Assembly: GCA_963664875.1 (NCBI GenBank)
Contig: OY761611.1
Span: 2,208,001 to 2,272,000 of the forward strand
DNA length: 64,000 nt
From: Candidatus Kapaibacterium sp.
GTDB taxonomy: Bacteria > Bacteroidota > Ignavibacteria > Kapaibacteriales > UBA2268
Reading direction: 5' to 3'
Positions 1 to 9,848 of this stretch are shown piece after piece (positions within the stretch are counted from its first letter, which is position 1; every line of letters starts with the position of its first letter). The notes beneath the pieces are model-generated. The model saw only the letters and a program-made list of their open reading frames with translations. It was not told where the DNA came from and did no database searches. Position numbers and translations under genes: made by a program.

Positions 1-1256
1 GGTCTTCGCTCACCTTGACCTATCGTTTTGATTCTGTTTTCTGCTACTCCCCTATCTACTATGTATTGCTTGACGCTTTCAGCTCTTTTTTTAGAGAGAT
101 AGTCATTTACTGCGTCCGGGCCAACTGAATCAGTGTGACCTTCGACTACAATAGCAATGTTCTGTTTGTCTCTCATAAACTTTGCCATAATGTCAAGTTC
201 AGGTACATTATTAGGAAGTGATGCATCATTTGTTTCGTATAGCAAGTTTTCAATTATAAGCTTTCTTCCGAGCTCTACTATAGGGATTTTTCTTTTCACT
301 AATTTCTGAGTTTTTTCATCATATAGTGCTATCTCTATTTCATCAGGAATTGCGTCCTGATCTGAGCGATAGTACATAGCAAAAAGATTTGTCAACTGTG
401 TAGAGAAATTATTCAAAATAAAAGAAAAATCTGATTCAATGTCATAAGCCGAGCCACGGGTAGATCTTGCCATCGAAGCATACTGTTTGAATTTGGGCGG
501 AACAATCGGAAATATCCTGATGTTTTTTGTCATAAACAAGTCAACTATTGACTCAGTTGTCTGATTAGTTACACCATTGCCCGGCACATTTTTCTGATGG
601 TAAGAAGCATCAGTAATCAGTACAGTAACTTTGTCTGCGAAATCTCTGTATTTGATTTTTGCAGCAGCTTCAAGTGCTTCGAGAGCGTTTTCTGGTTCGT
701 CTCCACCGCCTTTTGTTTTTACTTCCGAAAGCCATTGCTGGAATTTCGTTACATCTGTAATAGGCTGGTAAACCATTTCTAAATCGTCTGAAAAAAGTAC
801 TAGACCAAGTCTGTAATCGATACCTTTAAGGTTTAATACCTCAGTAAATTTTACGATATTAGCTTTGAGCATATCGATTTTATTTTGCATTGAACCGGTA
901 ATGTCCAAAACAAAAACGAAGTCAACAGGCACAACCTCAGCCGCAGGGATTTTTTCGACTCTAAGTACTTTTTTTTGTTTCCCGTCTTCATAAACGTAAA
1001 GGTTATCAGCAGAAAGCTCTTCTAAAGGTTCGCCTTCTTTGTTGTAAGCCTCAATGATTATTTTAATTTCGGGAAACTTAGTGATATCAACGTTTCTAGC
1101 TGTAATTTCAATTTCGTCTTCGGTATAGGAAAGCTTAGCACCTTCCAATACTTTTCTTTTTTGCTCTAATGTGTCTATTTTGCTGACTAATGCTGCATTC
1201 AAAAAAGGGGGGGATACTATCAGCAGTAGGCATAATAAGTACAATATGCGATTCAT
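1..1256 (-). CDS. VWA domain + C-terminal OmpA-like peptidoglycan-binding protein (3' end runs off the window)
   Basis: Absent from the ORF track; translated by hand from the ATG at 1256. Signal peptide MNRILYLLCLLLIVSPPFLNA, MIDAS motif VFVLDITGSM, GGGDEPEN...LITDA, then OmpA motif VEGHTDSVGPDAVNDYLSKKRAESV...GQGERRP. The frame stays open to position 1. Confidence 0.85.
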   Translation of the reverse strand, partial: MNRILYLLCLLLIVSPPFLNAALVSKIDTLEQKRKVLEGAKLSYTEDEIEITARNVDITKFPEIKIIIEAYNKEGEPLEELSADNLYVYEDGKQKKVLRVEKIPAAEVVPVDFVFVLDITGSMQNKIDMLKANIVKFTEVLNLKGIDYRLGLVLFSDDLEMVYQPITDVTKFQQWLSEVKTKGGGDEPENALEALEAAAKIKYRDFADKVTVLITDASYHQKNVPGNGVTNQTTESIVDLFMTKNIRIFPIVPPKFKQYASMARSTRGSAYDIESDFSFILNNFSTQLTNLFAMYYRSDQDAIPDEIEIALYDEKTQKLVKRKIPIVELGRKLIIENLLYETNDASLPNNVPELDIMAKFMRDKQNIAIVVEGHTDSVGPDAVNDYLSKKRAESVKQYIVDRGVAENRIKTIGQGERR

Positions 1257-1304
1257 GTGCTTTTATAACCCTACTTTTATATATTAAAATTTTACAGTAA
1301 TAAA

Positions 1305-1350
1305 TAATGCCCCCTGCTCTTTCTAATCGAAAAAACTAACGGGGGCATTA
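1305..1350 (-). terminator. Inverted repeat / probable terminator or stabilising hairpin
   Basis: taatgccccc...gggggcatta 10-bp stem between the 499-aa gene and the VWA-OmpA gene; the loop is long. Confidence 0.45.
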
Positions 1351-1366
1351 TAACTTTATATTTTTA

Positions 1367-2866
1367 TTATATAGTAAGTCTAAGAACAGGCGAAATCATG
1401 AAGAAGTTACCAACTTCATAAGGGCGTTTGTCGCGCAATACTGTAGAGTATTTACCTTCGAGGTAGAACCAGTTGCCAAACAACGGTAGATAGATTCTTG
1501 CCATCAATACCTGATTAGCTAACTGCACGCTTGCACCAAACGGATAAGCTGCCTGATTTCTATATTCAACTTTAGCAAACATCCAATCACCAAATGATTC
1601 CGGTTTATAGAATTTAAGACCATCTACTTCATTTGTTGTGATGAAGTAGTTAGAAGATTTTTCAGATTGGTCATATTGTTTGTAAAGTCCGTATTCTTGT
1701 ACTTCATTGTAGCTAAGACCTAAGTCAAATCTAAAGTAGTTTTCAGGATCTTTGGGATCCAACCACCAGTGGTAAAAAGCAGAAATTCTACCTGCAGTAC
1801 CTAAGATAGGAGCTACAGCCATAATTTCTTCCTGAGTACCAGAATTTGGTGAAAAAGCTACATTATTGGTGTTAGCAAGAAAACCGAATGAAGTTACATC
1901 AATTTGTTCTGTAGTAATTTTCGATACAGGGAATTGGAAATCAGCTGCCAAACCTGCTTCAGGATGAAACGGCATGTGGAAATCCATACCAAGAACGATT
2001 TTACCTTTAGGTTCAGCATTTAATATTCTTTTCTGCATCCAGTCAACCACACCACTTGTTCCGCCGGCATCTTTTGCATCTGTAACTTGTTCAGGAATCA
2101 AATCTCTATTGATACCTGTAGAAATTTTATATGCACCACCAAGATAAGCGTTGATAAGGTAAGGCACTTTGTCAGTAGTTCTTTCATCTGTGTTTACATA
2201 AAGAGGTCTCTGCAAAGTAATGCTTCCCTGGCCTGCTTGCCAGAAATGGTAACCAATATCATCAATACCGATTTTTGAACGCAACCAGAAGCCTGTTTTA
2301 CCGATTTTAATAGCCTGCTCAAACATAGACAAAGTAAATGCATGAGTAACGTTAGAAGGCTGTAAATAATCAATAATAGCAGTTGTCTGCGAGTTAGTTA
2401 ACGGAATTTCCTGTGGAATTTCGTTAAAGCAATAATCACGAGTAGCTATGTCAGATCTGACACCGCGATCCTGACCATTGTAAACCAATTCGCCGGAAAG
2501 GAATCCGACTAAGATTTCAGTTAGCTGAACATCTATATCATAAGCAGACATAGACTCTTTACCGCAACTGATAGTAATGATTTCGAAAGGTTCGTCATCA
2601 AAAGATCTCGGTGCGGCAAGGATTTCAACGTTGTTCATATCCAAATTTTCTTTTGGAAACTGAGCATTTACGAATGATCTATAAATTTGGAACTGTAAGT
2701 CTCTTTCACATACTTTCCATCTTGGGAAGTATCCCTTGATTTCTGAGTCAATAGTAGTAAGAGAATCTATGATTGCTCTTTTGTCCGGTATCATTGTCTG
2801 AGCATCAGATTTATAATATCCGAAAACAAACGCAAGTACTAACAAGAATAAGATATTTCTTTTCAT
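1367..2866 (-). CDS. Uncharacterised exported protein, probable outer-membrane beta-barrel (paralog of 2911-4662)
   Basis: Signal peptide; amphipathic strands in the C-terminal half; ends SPVLRLTI; shares GIDDI, P(F/Y)GxSVQ and LEGK motifs with its neighbour. Confidence 0.6.
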   Translation of the reverse strand: MKRNILFLLVLAFVFGYYKSDAQTMIPDKRAIIDSLTTIDSEIKGYFPRWKVCERDLQFQIYRSFVNAQFPKENLDMNNVEILAAPRSFDDEPFEIITISCGKESMSAYDIDVQLTEILVGFLSGELVYNGQDRGVRSDIATRDYCFNEIPQEIPLTNSQTTAIIDYLQPSNVTHAFTLSMFEQAIKIGKTGFWLRSKIGIDDIGYHFWQAGQGSITLQRPLYVNTDERTTDKVPYLINAYLGGAYKISTGINRDLIPEQVTDAKDAGGTSGVVDWMQKRILNAEPKGKIVLGMDFHMPFHPEAGLAADFQFPVSKITTEQIDVTSFGFLANTNNVAFSPNSGTQEEIMAVAPILGTAGRISAFYHWWLDPKDPENYFRFDLGLSYNEVQEYGLYKQYDQSEKSSNYFITTNEVDGLKFYKPESFGDWMFAKVEYRNQAAYPFGASVQLANQVLMARIYLPLFGNWFYLEGKYSTVLRDKRPYEVGNFFMISPVLRLTI

Positions 2867-2910
2867 GTGATTTCTTCTTTATTTCTTTGACTAATTCAAC
2901 AACCATTTAA

Positions 2911-4644
2911 TTAAAATACAAAGATAAATCGAGCCATAGGGATAAATAGATTTTCTTCTACTTCCCAAGCTTGAGGTGTATCTTTCAACGCTGTAAAGAA
3001 TGATTTGCCTTCTAATCTAAGAGCGAACAAATCTTTGATTACCGGGATGTGAATCCAAGCACTTGCATATATTGATTCATCAAAGTATTGCACTGATACG
3101 CCATAAGGAGTAGCAATATTTTTAACCATGAAGTCCATTTTTGCAGAGATGCCGCCGATTGTTTCTTTGTCTAACTCTTTATAAACAGCTGTTTCTATGT
3201 TAGTTTCAGGATCGGCTTCCATTCTGTCTCCCCATGTTTCTATAGTATAGACAGTACCGCCCAAACCAAATCTCAAGTGATAATCTTTATCGATAGCTAA
3301 ACCAAATGTATAATGCAATGTAGCATTTGCTCTAACTAAATAGTCGTTTCCGGATTCGTCTTCCGGATTGATAGTCAAAATCTGATCTAAGTCAATTTTA
3401 TCTTTGTATCCTGCTCTTTCTGCATCGCCAAACACCCAGCCAAAACCTAAGTGGAACACACCACTTTGAGGAATAACTTTGAATGGAAAGTCTAATTGAC
3501 CTGCGATACCAAGACCACCATGTGTAAATACTCTATCGTATTCCAACATTTCTTTGCCTAATTCTGACCAGCCGTAAGTTGGAAGAATAGCACCGATTTT
3601 AATATTTTCCCATAATGCAGAGAAAGTCATCCTTTCGCTCCACATAGAAGGCATATTGATATCGTCGATACCGTATTTCAATTCAAGACCGAATTTTGGC
3701 AAGCTACTGTTTGTAATAAAAGAAAGTGTATCTACAAAACCGTCTTCATAAGTATATGTTTCGATTTCGTAGCGTTTCCAGCTAACTAAATCAGGAGAAA
3801 CTATGATTTCGTGGTTTTGAGTATAGTCCATTGGTTCTGCATTAGAGATTCTAACAAATTTTTGAACATCTGCAGAAGAAATATCGCCTTCTCTTTCTAT
3901 CAAAGAGCGGGAAACACCATACTGAGGGTCAGTCCATTTTTTCATGGTACCGATACCTTGAGCTTCGCTTGTTCTTTTTTCTACGTTAGACTGCATAAAT
4001 GCATTTTCTAAAAGCTGATACATGTTTTCAGCATTGTATTTTTCAGGATCCAAATCAAACTGAACAAGTTCAGGCCAAGTAAAAACGTTTTTGCCTGAAG
4101 CATTATCAACATTTTTGCCAATATCAGTGTTGTCTTCATAAGAAATTATCATAGCGATAATAGTATTCGGAACAACCTGATCTCTGTCGGCTTTTTTAGT
4201 AGTTACGATATAAGCTTCTCTCACTACTTGTTGAGAGCCCTTGTTAGGGCTCAGGATTTCAACAAGTGCGTCAAAGTTTTTAGGTAATTCGCCGTAACGA
4301 CCAATCAACTCTCTTTGGATTTTAGTTTTAGTAGAACCTGATAGCAACTGGTTTCTAATTGAAGAAACAACCTGTGGATCAGTTTCAGCTAAAATTTTAT
4401 CTGCATCACCTACTGCAGCAGTAGTGTTTTCTGATGCTTCTTTATCTTTAATTATCTGTCTTACGTCTCTTACATCTTTCAAAGAATATAAGTCAACTGT
4501 AGAAAAGCGATAGTTTTTATATCTGTTAAGAATACTTTCAAGTTTAACCCTGAACGATTCGTCACCTTGTGCCTGCACAGTCAAAGGCATAACTATGCTT
4601 AGCATAAGAAGGCTTAACAACAAACTGGATGCTTTCTTCATCAT
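2911..4644 (-). CDS. Uncharacterised exported protein, probable outer-membrane beta-barrel
   Basis: Likely start MMKKASSLL (4644) with signal peptide; ends in a BAM-type terminal strand ARFIFVF; the ORF track starts at TTG 4662. Confidence 0.6.
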   Translation of the reverse strand: MMKKASSLLLSLLMLSIVMPLTVQAQGDESFRVKLESILNRYKNYRFSTVDLYSLKDVRDVRQIIKDKEASENTTAAVGDADKILAETDPQVVSSIRNQLLSGSTKTKIQRELIGRYGELPKNFDALVEILSPNKGSQQVVREAYIVTTKKADRDQVVPNTIIAMIISYEDNTDIGKNVDNASGKNVFTWPELVQFDLDPEKYNAENMYQLLENAFMQSNVEKRTSEAQGIGTMKKWTDPQYGVSRSLIEREGDISSADVQKFVRISNAEPMDYTQNHEIIVSPDLVSWKRYEIETYTYEDGFVDTLSFITNSSLPKFGLELKYGIDDINMPSMWSERMTFSALWENIKIGAILPTYGWSELGKEMLEYDRVFTHGGLGIAGQLDFPFKVIPQSGVFHLGFGWVFGDAERAGYKDKIDLDQILTINPEDESGNDYLVRANATLHYTFGLAIDKDYHLRFGLGGTVYTIETWGDRMEADPETNIETAVYKELDKETIGGISAKMDFMVKNIATPYGVSVQYFDESIYASAWIHIPVIKDLFALRLEGKSFFTALKDTPQAWEVEENLFIPMARFIFVF

Positions 4645-4723
4645 ATTTATTTGCCCTTGCAATTAAATTACTTACTAATTTTTTTAAAACTAATGATTAT
4701 AACAAATCTACTATACTAACTGT

Positions 4724-7021
4724 TTATCTTCTTCTTCTGCCACCTTGTGCAGCCCCGCCTCTAGAGTCAGGTTCGAAGTCAATCCTTACAGGAACTATTG
4801 TCTGGTTAGGATCAGCAGCAACACCGTTGATTGCGTTGACAGCAGTAGCTCTAAGTTGTACGTTTACAGTTCCACGAACTTTTTTCTCGCCGGCAGGCAA
4901 TTTACCTGACAATTCGAATTCCATTTCGTAAACTCCGTCACCTGTTTTGTCAACTGTAGGTTCTACAGCAACGCTATAGCCTGATAAGCCTTCAGCAATT
5001 TCAGTGTTTAATACGTTAACCTGAACATTTGCGTTAGTACCTTTTTTATCACCACTTGTAGGTGAAGTAACAGTTAGACCGGTAACGCGTACTTTAACTT
5101 TGCTTGAAGTACCGGAACATTCAGTAACAACATTAGTATTGATACTTGCTTCTTCCTGTTTCAAAGCAATTGTTTTCTGAGGATAAATATCAACCATTCT
5201 TCCTGTGTGCGGTTGTTCCCAAGCAACTCTGAATTTCACTTCCTTAGCATCAGGAGTATATTCAATGTTATCATTAAGAGTAACTGCCAATCCGGAAATA
5301 ACTGTTGGTTGAGATTGTGCGTCAGTAGAAACATAGATTTTGAACTCTTCAGGTTTAATAGCACCCTGAGAAGCAGGTTCTACGTTTACAATCATTTTCC
5401 AGCCATAGTAAGTCATGAAATCAAGCTTTTGAGCAACGTCTTTCATAGAGCCCGGAGTCAAGCCTGTTTTGTAAACATTAAGTGCAACATTTGTTTCAGC
5501 AGTTTTGTTTGAACCACTAATTGAATGAGTAAGCTTAATTGTGTATGATCCCTCAGGTAGTTTCTTATTCAAAGTACCTTGGTATCTACGTTCACCACCT
5601 TTTATAGGTTCAGCATTTCTGGAAGCCATATCGTTTACAGGAGCGTAATTAACAGAAGCAACCTGAGCACCGTTTTCATCAACTACATAACCAGAAACTC
5701 TATTGCCGTCGCCTTGATAAGGTGCTATACCAAACATAAACACAGGCTCTACAGCATCGAAGCAGCTAAGTTTGTTAGCAACATTGATAATAGGATCTGC
5801 CATAGGTGGTTTAGGTTTAATCACACGAATGTCAAATTCGATATAACCTTTGTTCTGGTCGAAGTGAACAGACATACCCGGAGCAATAAGTTTAGCTATA
5901 TATCCATAAAGCTTGATTTTAGATTGAATATCATTTGCTTCGCTTTCTGTAGATGCTTTATCGGCAGCAGCACGAAGACCTGCGTCAAATTTTTCTAAGT
6001 CAGCTTCTTTTGTAAGGATTTCAACATCCGGCAATTCATATTTTTCAAGTTCTGATTTCAAAGATTTATGCACTTTACGCAATTCCTTTACGCTAAGCTG
6101 AACTGTACCAATATTTACAGTCGCATCGTCATCCAACTCTTTGCCTTGATATTCACCACGAATACCAAGAATTTTGTTAGTTTTTGATGCAAATCTTAGT
6201 TTGTACCAGCCTTCTCTGTCAGGAGGTTGGAATTGAACTACGAAAGCACGTTTGTTTTTTTCTTTACCTTGCAATGAGTTTACACTCAAATCATGGTTGT
6301 AATAAAATACACTATCGGCACTCACATCTTTTGGTTGGAAAGTAGGGCCGACTTGAATTTCAGTTTCTTTAGGATAAACAGGTCTGAAATCATCAGGACT
6401 GATGTTAGACATATCAAGCTGATTGAAAGTAGCTTCATTGTCCATATCCAATTTTCTGAGAGACAAAAATTCCCACTGAGTGCCATCTGCAGCAGTAACT
6501 TTCTGACCTTCAGTAAAGTCATCGAAACCTGTGATTCCCTGAGCTAACAAATCTTTGTCAGAAGGGAATGATGGAGTAACACCCGGAGTGTTATCGGTAT
6601 TATAAAACACCTGATACTCTAACTCTTCAACGTTAGAAAGTTTTACCAAAGTTTTTATTCTTTGGAAATATTCTTTCTCGGATTCACCCTCTTTTCTTTT
6701 GACAGAAGCAGAAACGTCAGTAACACCAACCTCAACGATATATTTACGCCAAGATTTAATGTCTGTTCCTAATACCTCTTTGATATTAACTCCTGCTGGT
6801 GGGATGGTTATCTCATCCTGTGGGCGCGTGTTGATACCTTCGGTACCTGCACCTGATTGAAGCTGAGAAAGGATGGACTGCACGATACGCATAGTTTCTT
6901 TTTGCTTAAGGTGCAAACCTTCTTCTGCCTCATCACGCTCCACGATGATGATAAGCAATTCCAATACCACGGCTAAGTACAATACGAAATATACTTTACC
7001 TGCACCGCCTGATCTTAACAT
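4724..7021 (-). CDS. Bitopic inner-membrane protein with large beta-rich periplasmic region (possibly distant GldM/PorM-like)
   Basis: One N-terminal TM segment KVYFVLYLAVVLELLIII, a coiled segment, then ~650 aa of Ig-like beta-rich sequence; GGAGG RBS upstream. The CDS is confident; the family is only inferred. Confidence 0.6.
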   Translation of the reverse strand: MLRSGGAGKVYFVLYLAVVLELLIIIVERDEAEEGLHLKQKETMRIVQSILSQLQSGAGTEGINTRPQDEITIPPAGVNIKEVLGTDIKSWRKYIVEVGVTDVSASVKRKEGESEKEYFQRIKTLVKLSNVEELEYQVFYNTDNTPGVTPSFPSDKDLLAQGITGFDDFTEGQKVTAADGTQWEFLSLRKLDMDNEATFNQLDMSNISPDDFRPVYPKETEIQVGPTFQPKDVSADSVFYYNHDLSVNSLQGKEKNKRAFVVQFQPPDREGWYKLRFASKTNKILGIRGEYQGKELDDDATVNIGTVQLSVKELRKVHKSLKSELEKYELPDVEILTKEADLEKFDAGLRAAADKASTESEANDIQSKIKLYGYIAKLIAPGMSVHFDQNKGYIEFDIRVIKPKPPMADPIINVANKLSCFDAVEPVFMFGIAPYQGDGNRVSGYVVDENGAQVASVNYAPVNDMASRNAEPIKGGERRYQGTLNKKLPEGSYTIKLTHSISGSNKTAETNVALNVYKTGLTPGSMKDVAQKLDFMTYYGWKMIVNVEPASQGAIKPEEFKIYVSTDAQSQPTVISGLAVTLNDNIEYTPDAKEVKFRVAWEQPHTGRMVDIYPQKTIALKQEEASINTNVVTECSGTSSKVKVRVTGLTVTSPTSGDKKGTNANVQVNVLNTEIAEGLSGYSVAVEPTVDKTGDGVYEMEFELSGKLPAGEKKVRGTVNVQLRATAVNAINGVAADPNQTIVPVRIDFEPDSRGGAAQGGRRRR

Positions 7022-7557
7022 AACAAATTACCTCCACATGGTGCTTGTTTTATTAAACTAAAATTTTTTCTTCTGTCTTAGAAAATTGAGTGTAGCCTTT
7101 TTGCAACTTGATGTGTATCTAATATATAAAGTAACAATCATTGGCTCGACTGTTTACCAATACTTAACACGAAAATCTCAATTTTGGCAAAACGCCTTAC
7201 AAATTATCTTAAATATAGCATTTATACAAGCAATTTTTGTTAATAATCCAAAATAATAAAAAATTGCATATAATAAGACTATTTCTAATTACCATGCTTC
7301 AATAATTTTTTAATACAAATCAACAAATATGAAGCAAAGTACTCAGCAAGCCAATATACAACTATATTATTCGGAAAAAAATACTATTTTGCTTTAGCTA
7401 TAAATCTAAAGGACATTTGAGTTTTTTAAAAACGAGGTAGAAAAAATTTCATCGGCGTCCGTGGTTTGTTTTTTATATGGGTTATTCGTCAGAAGACTAA
7501 TTATAATAAAATACGCATTTTTCAAATTAAATCACAATTATTTTTTTAACAGTCTAT

Positions 7558-8388
7558 ATGCAAACTGCTATGAACATAGATTACAGCTATATTTTGCACA
7601 ATTTGAACAATACACTTCTTTTTGAAAAAAATCCTACATCTGCATTATCAGAATCTTTATTTTCTGATTTGTGTAAGATTCCTCACGTTGCTGCTATGAT
7701 AGATTGCCCTCAAGATCCTGAGTGGCATCCGGAAGGAGATGTATGGTCGCACACAATTCTTGTAGTCGAAAAATCAACAAAGTATCGTCATTTGTTCTCA
7801 ACAGAAGCAGAAAGATCAGCATTTATGCTTGGTGCATTCTTCCACGATATTGGCAAACCACTTACTACTATATATAAAGATGATAGATGGCGCTCCCCTT
7901 CGCATGATGTAAAAGGAGCAAAAATTTGCCGAGATTTACTTTTATCGGCTAATTTTCCTGAATACATAGCAAATAAAGCAGCATCATACACACTTGAGCA
8001 TCTGAAGCCAATAAATTTATATAAAAACAGAGACAAAGTTTCAAACTCAGCGATAAGAAGACTTGCTGCCAGAATAAACATCTCCGACTTGATACTCCTT
8101 GCCGAATCAGATCATTTCGGAAGAACTACGCAAGACGCAATAGATGAAGAATTTCCAGCGGGTGACTGGCTCTTAGCAAAATATAATAATATTCTCAAAT
8201 ATGACAACAAGCCTAAACCATTGCTAAAAGGAAGACTCCTTGCAGGATATGGTTTAAAACCGGGGAAAATAATGGGACAAATTCTAAGCGAAAGCATCAA
8301 AGCCCAAATAGACGGAGAAATCAATAACAAAGAGGAAGCAAGATTGTGGGCTAAAGAAAGGTTAAAACAACTAGGATATCTCAAATAA
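7558..8388 (+). CDS. HD-domain phosphohydrolase resembling the C-terminal half of multifunctional CCA-adding enzymes
   Basis: PQDPEWHPEGDVWSHT, FHDIGKP, H..HLKP, SDHFGR and tail PLLKGRLL..G.KPG..MG.IL; no N-terminal nucleotidyltransferase DxD domain. Confidence 0.75.
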   Translation: MQTAMNIDYSYILHNLNNTLLFEKNPTSALSESLFSDLCKIPHVAAMIDCPQDPEWHPEGDVWSHTILVVEKSTKYRHLFSTEAERSAFMLGAFFHDIGKPLTTIYKDDRWRSPSHDVKGAKICRDLLLSANFPEYIANKAASYTLEHLKPINLYKNRDKVSNSAIRRLAARINISDLILLAESDHFGRTTQDAIDEEFPAGDWLLAKYNNILKYDNKPKPLLKGRLLAGYGLKPGKIMGQILSESIKAQIDGEINNKEEARLWAKERLKQLGYLK

Positions 8389-8498
8389 TTCGTAAAATAA
8401 AAGCAAGTAGTAATATTCCCTAAGGATGTAGAAGTTGTTTATTTTTTGCGTAATTTGTATTTTCTCAAATTTTGACTTTCCCAGATTAGGTTAGCTTA

Positions 8499-9839
8499 AT
8501 GAATCTTATAATAATTGGTGCCGGAAGTGTAGGTGTCAGGCTTGCTCAGCGTTTATCTTTCGACAAACATAATATAACAATAATAGAAAAAGCTCCTGCC
8601 AAAGTAAAATACGCACAGGAACATTTAGATGCAATGGTCATAGAAGGAAATGCAACTTCTATTGATATACTTAAAGCTGCAGATATTCAACATACTGATG
8701 TATTTGCTGCTATGACCACAAATGACGAAGTCAATCTAATCACTTGTAAGATTGCCAAAATGTTCGGAGTTCCTACGACAATTGCGAGGGTTAAAAATCC
8801 TGATTACGCAGCTGATTCGTTTATCATCCCCAAAGATGAGTTAGGTGCAGACTATATTATACACCCTGAAAAAGAAACAGCAGATGCTATCATCAGGCTT
8901 ATTAAACAGTCAAATGCAACTGATATAGTAGAGTTCGACGAAGGGAAAATTCAATTCCTCGGCATAAGATTGGATGCTGACTGCCCTGTGCTACGTACTC
9001 CATTGAAAGATTTGGGTAAAACTCACGGCAATCCTCCTTTACGAATTGTTGCTCTCAAAAGAAAACAATTTACAATAGTTCCCCGAGGTGAAGACAGATT
9101 GTTCGAAGGCGACCAAATTTTTATTATTTGTGCTCCGGACTTTATGTCTCAGGCTTTAGCTTATTTCGGAAAGACAAAAGCAATCATTGAAGATATAATG
9201 ATAATAGGTGGCGGGCAGGTAGGTAGATTCATTGCTAAAGCCTTGCAGTCAGAAATGAAAATAAAAATTATTGAAAAAAATCGCAAGAAAGCCGAAAAGT
9301 TAGCAGAAGACCTGAAAAAAACACTTGTAATAAATGGTGACGGTTCCGATTTGGATTTGCTTACTTTCGAAAATCTTAGCGATATGGATGAGTTTATAGC
9401 TGTCACAGGCGATGACGAAACAAATATTATCACAAGCCTTATAGCTCGGCATCTAAAAATCCCAAGAACAGTAACGCTTATCAAAAAGAATGAATATATG
9501 CCGCTTACTCCGACTATAGGTATGGATGCTGTGGTAAGCAAGCAGATGATAACTGTAAATGCCATACAAAAATTTATTAGGAGCCGTCAGGTAACTCAGT
9601 ATGCAGAGCTACCCGGCATGGATGCAGAAATTATTGAATTTGAAGCTAAAGACAAAGCTGCCATCTGCAAAAAACCACTTATGGAATTAAAATTCCCTCA
9701 GAATAGTCTGATTGCAGCGGTTCTAAAACAAGGCAAGTTCCTCGAAATACCTACGGGGCTTACTCAAGTGCAGCCAGGCGACCGAGTTGTCGTCTTTGCT
9801 TTGCCGGGTGCAGTAAAAAATGTAGAAAAGATGTTTTAA
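8499..9839 (+). CDS. trkA: Trk system potassium uptake protein TrkA
   Basis: Two Rossmann RCK_N motifs (IIGAGSVG, IIGGGQVG) with RCK_C domains; 446 aa; directly upstream of trkH. Confidence 0.95.
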   Translation: MNLIIIGAGSVGVRLAQRLSFDKHNITIIEKAPAKVKYAQEHLDAMVIEGNATSIDILKAADIQHTDVFAAMTTNDEVNLITCKIAKMFGVPTTIARVKNPDYAADSFIIPKDELGADYIIHPEKETADAIIRLIKQSNATDIVEFDEGKIQFLGIRLDADCPVLRTPLKDLGKTHGNPPLRIVALKRKQFTIVPRGEDRLFEGDQIFIICAPDFMSQALAYFGKTKAIIEDIMIIGGGQVGRFIAKALQSEMKIKIIEKNRKKAEKLAEDLKKTLVINGDGSDLDLLTFENLSDMDEFIAVTGDDETNIITSLIARHLKIPRTVTLIKKNEYMPLTPTIGMDAVVSKQMITVNAIQKFIRSRQVTQYAELPGMDAEIIEFEAKDKAAICKKPLMELKFPQNSLIAAVLKQGKFLEIPTGLTQVQPGDRVVVFALPGAVKNVEKMF

Positions 9840-9848
9840 GAAGGGACT

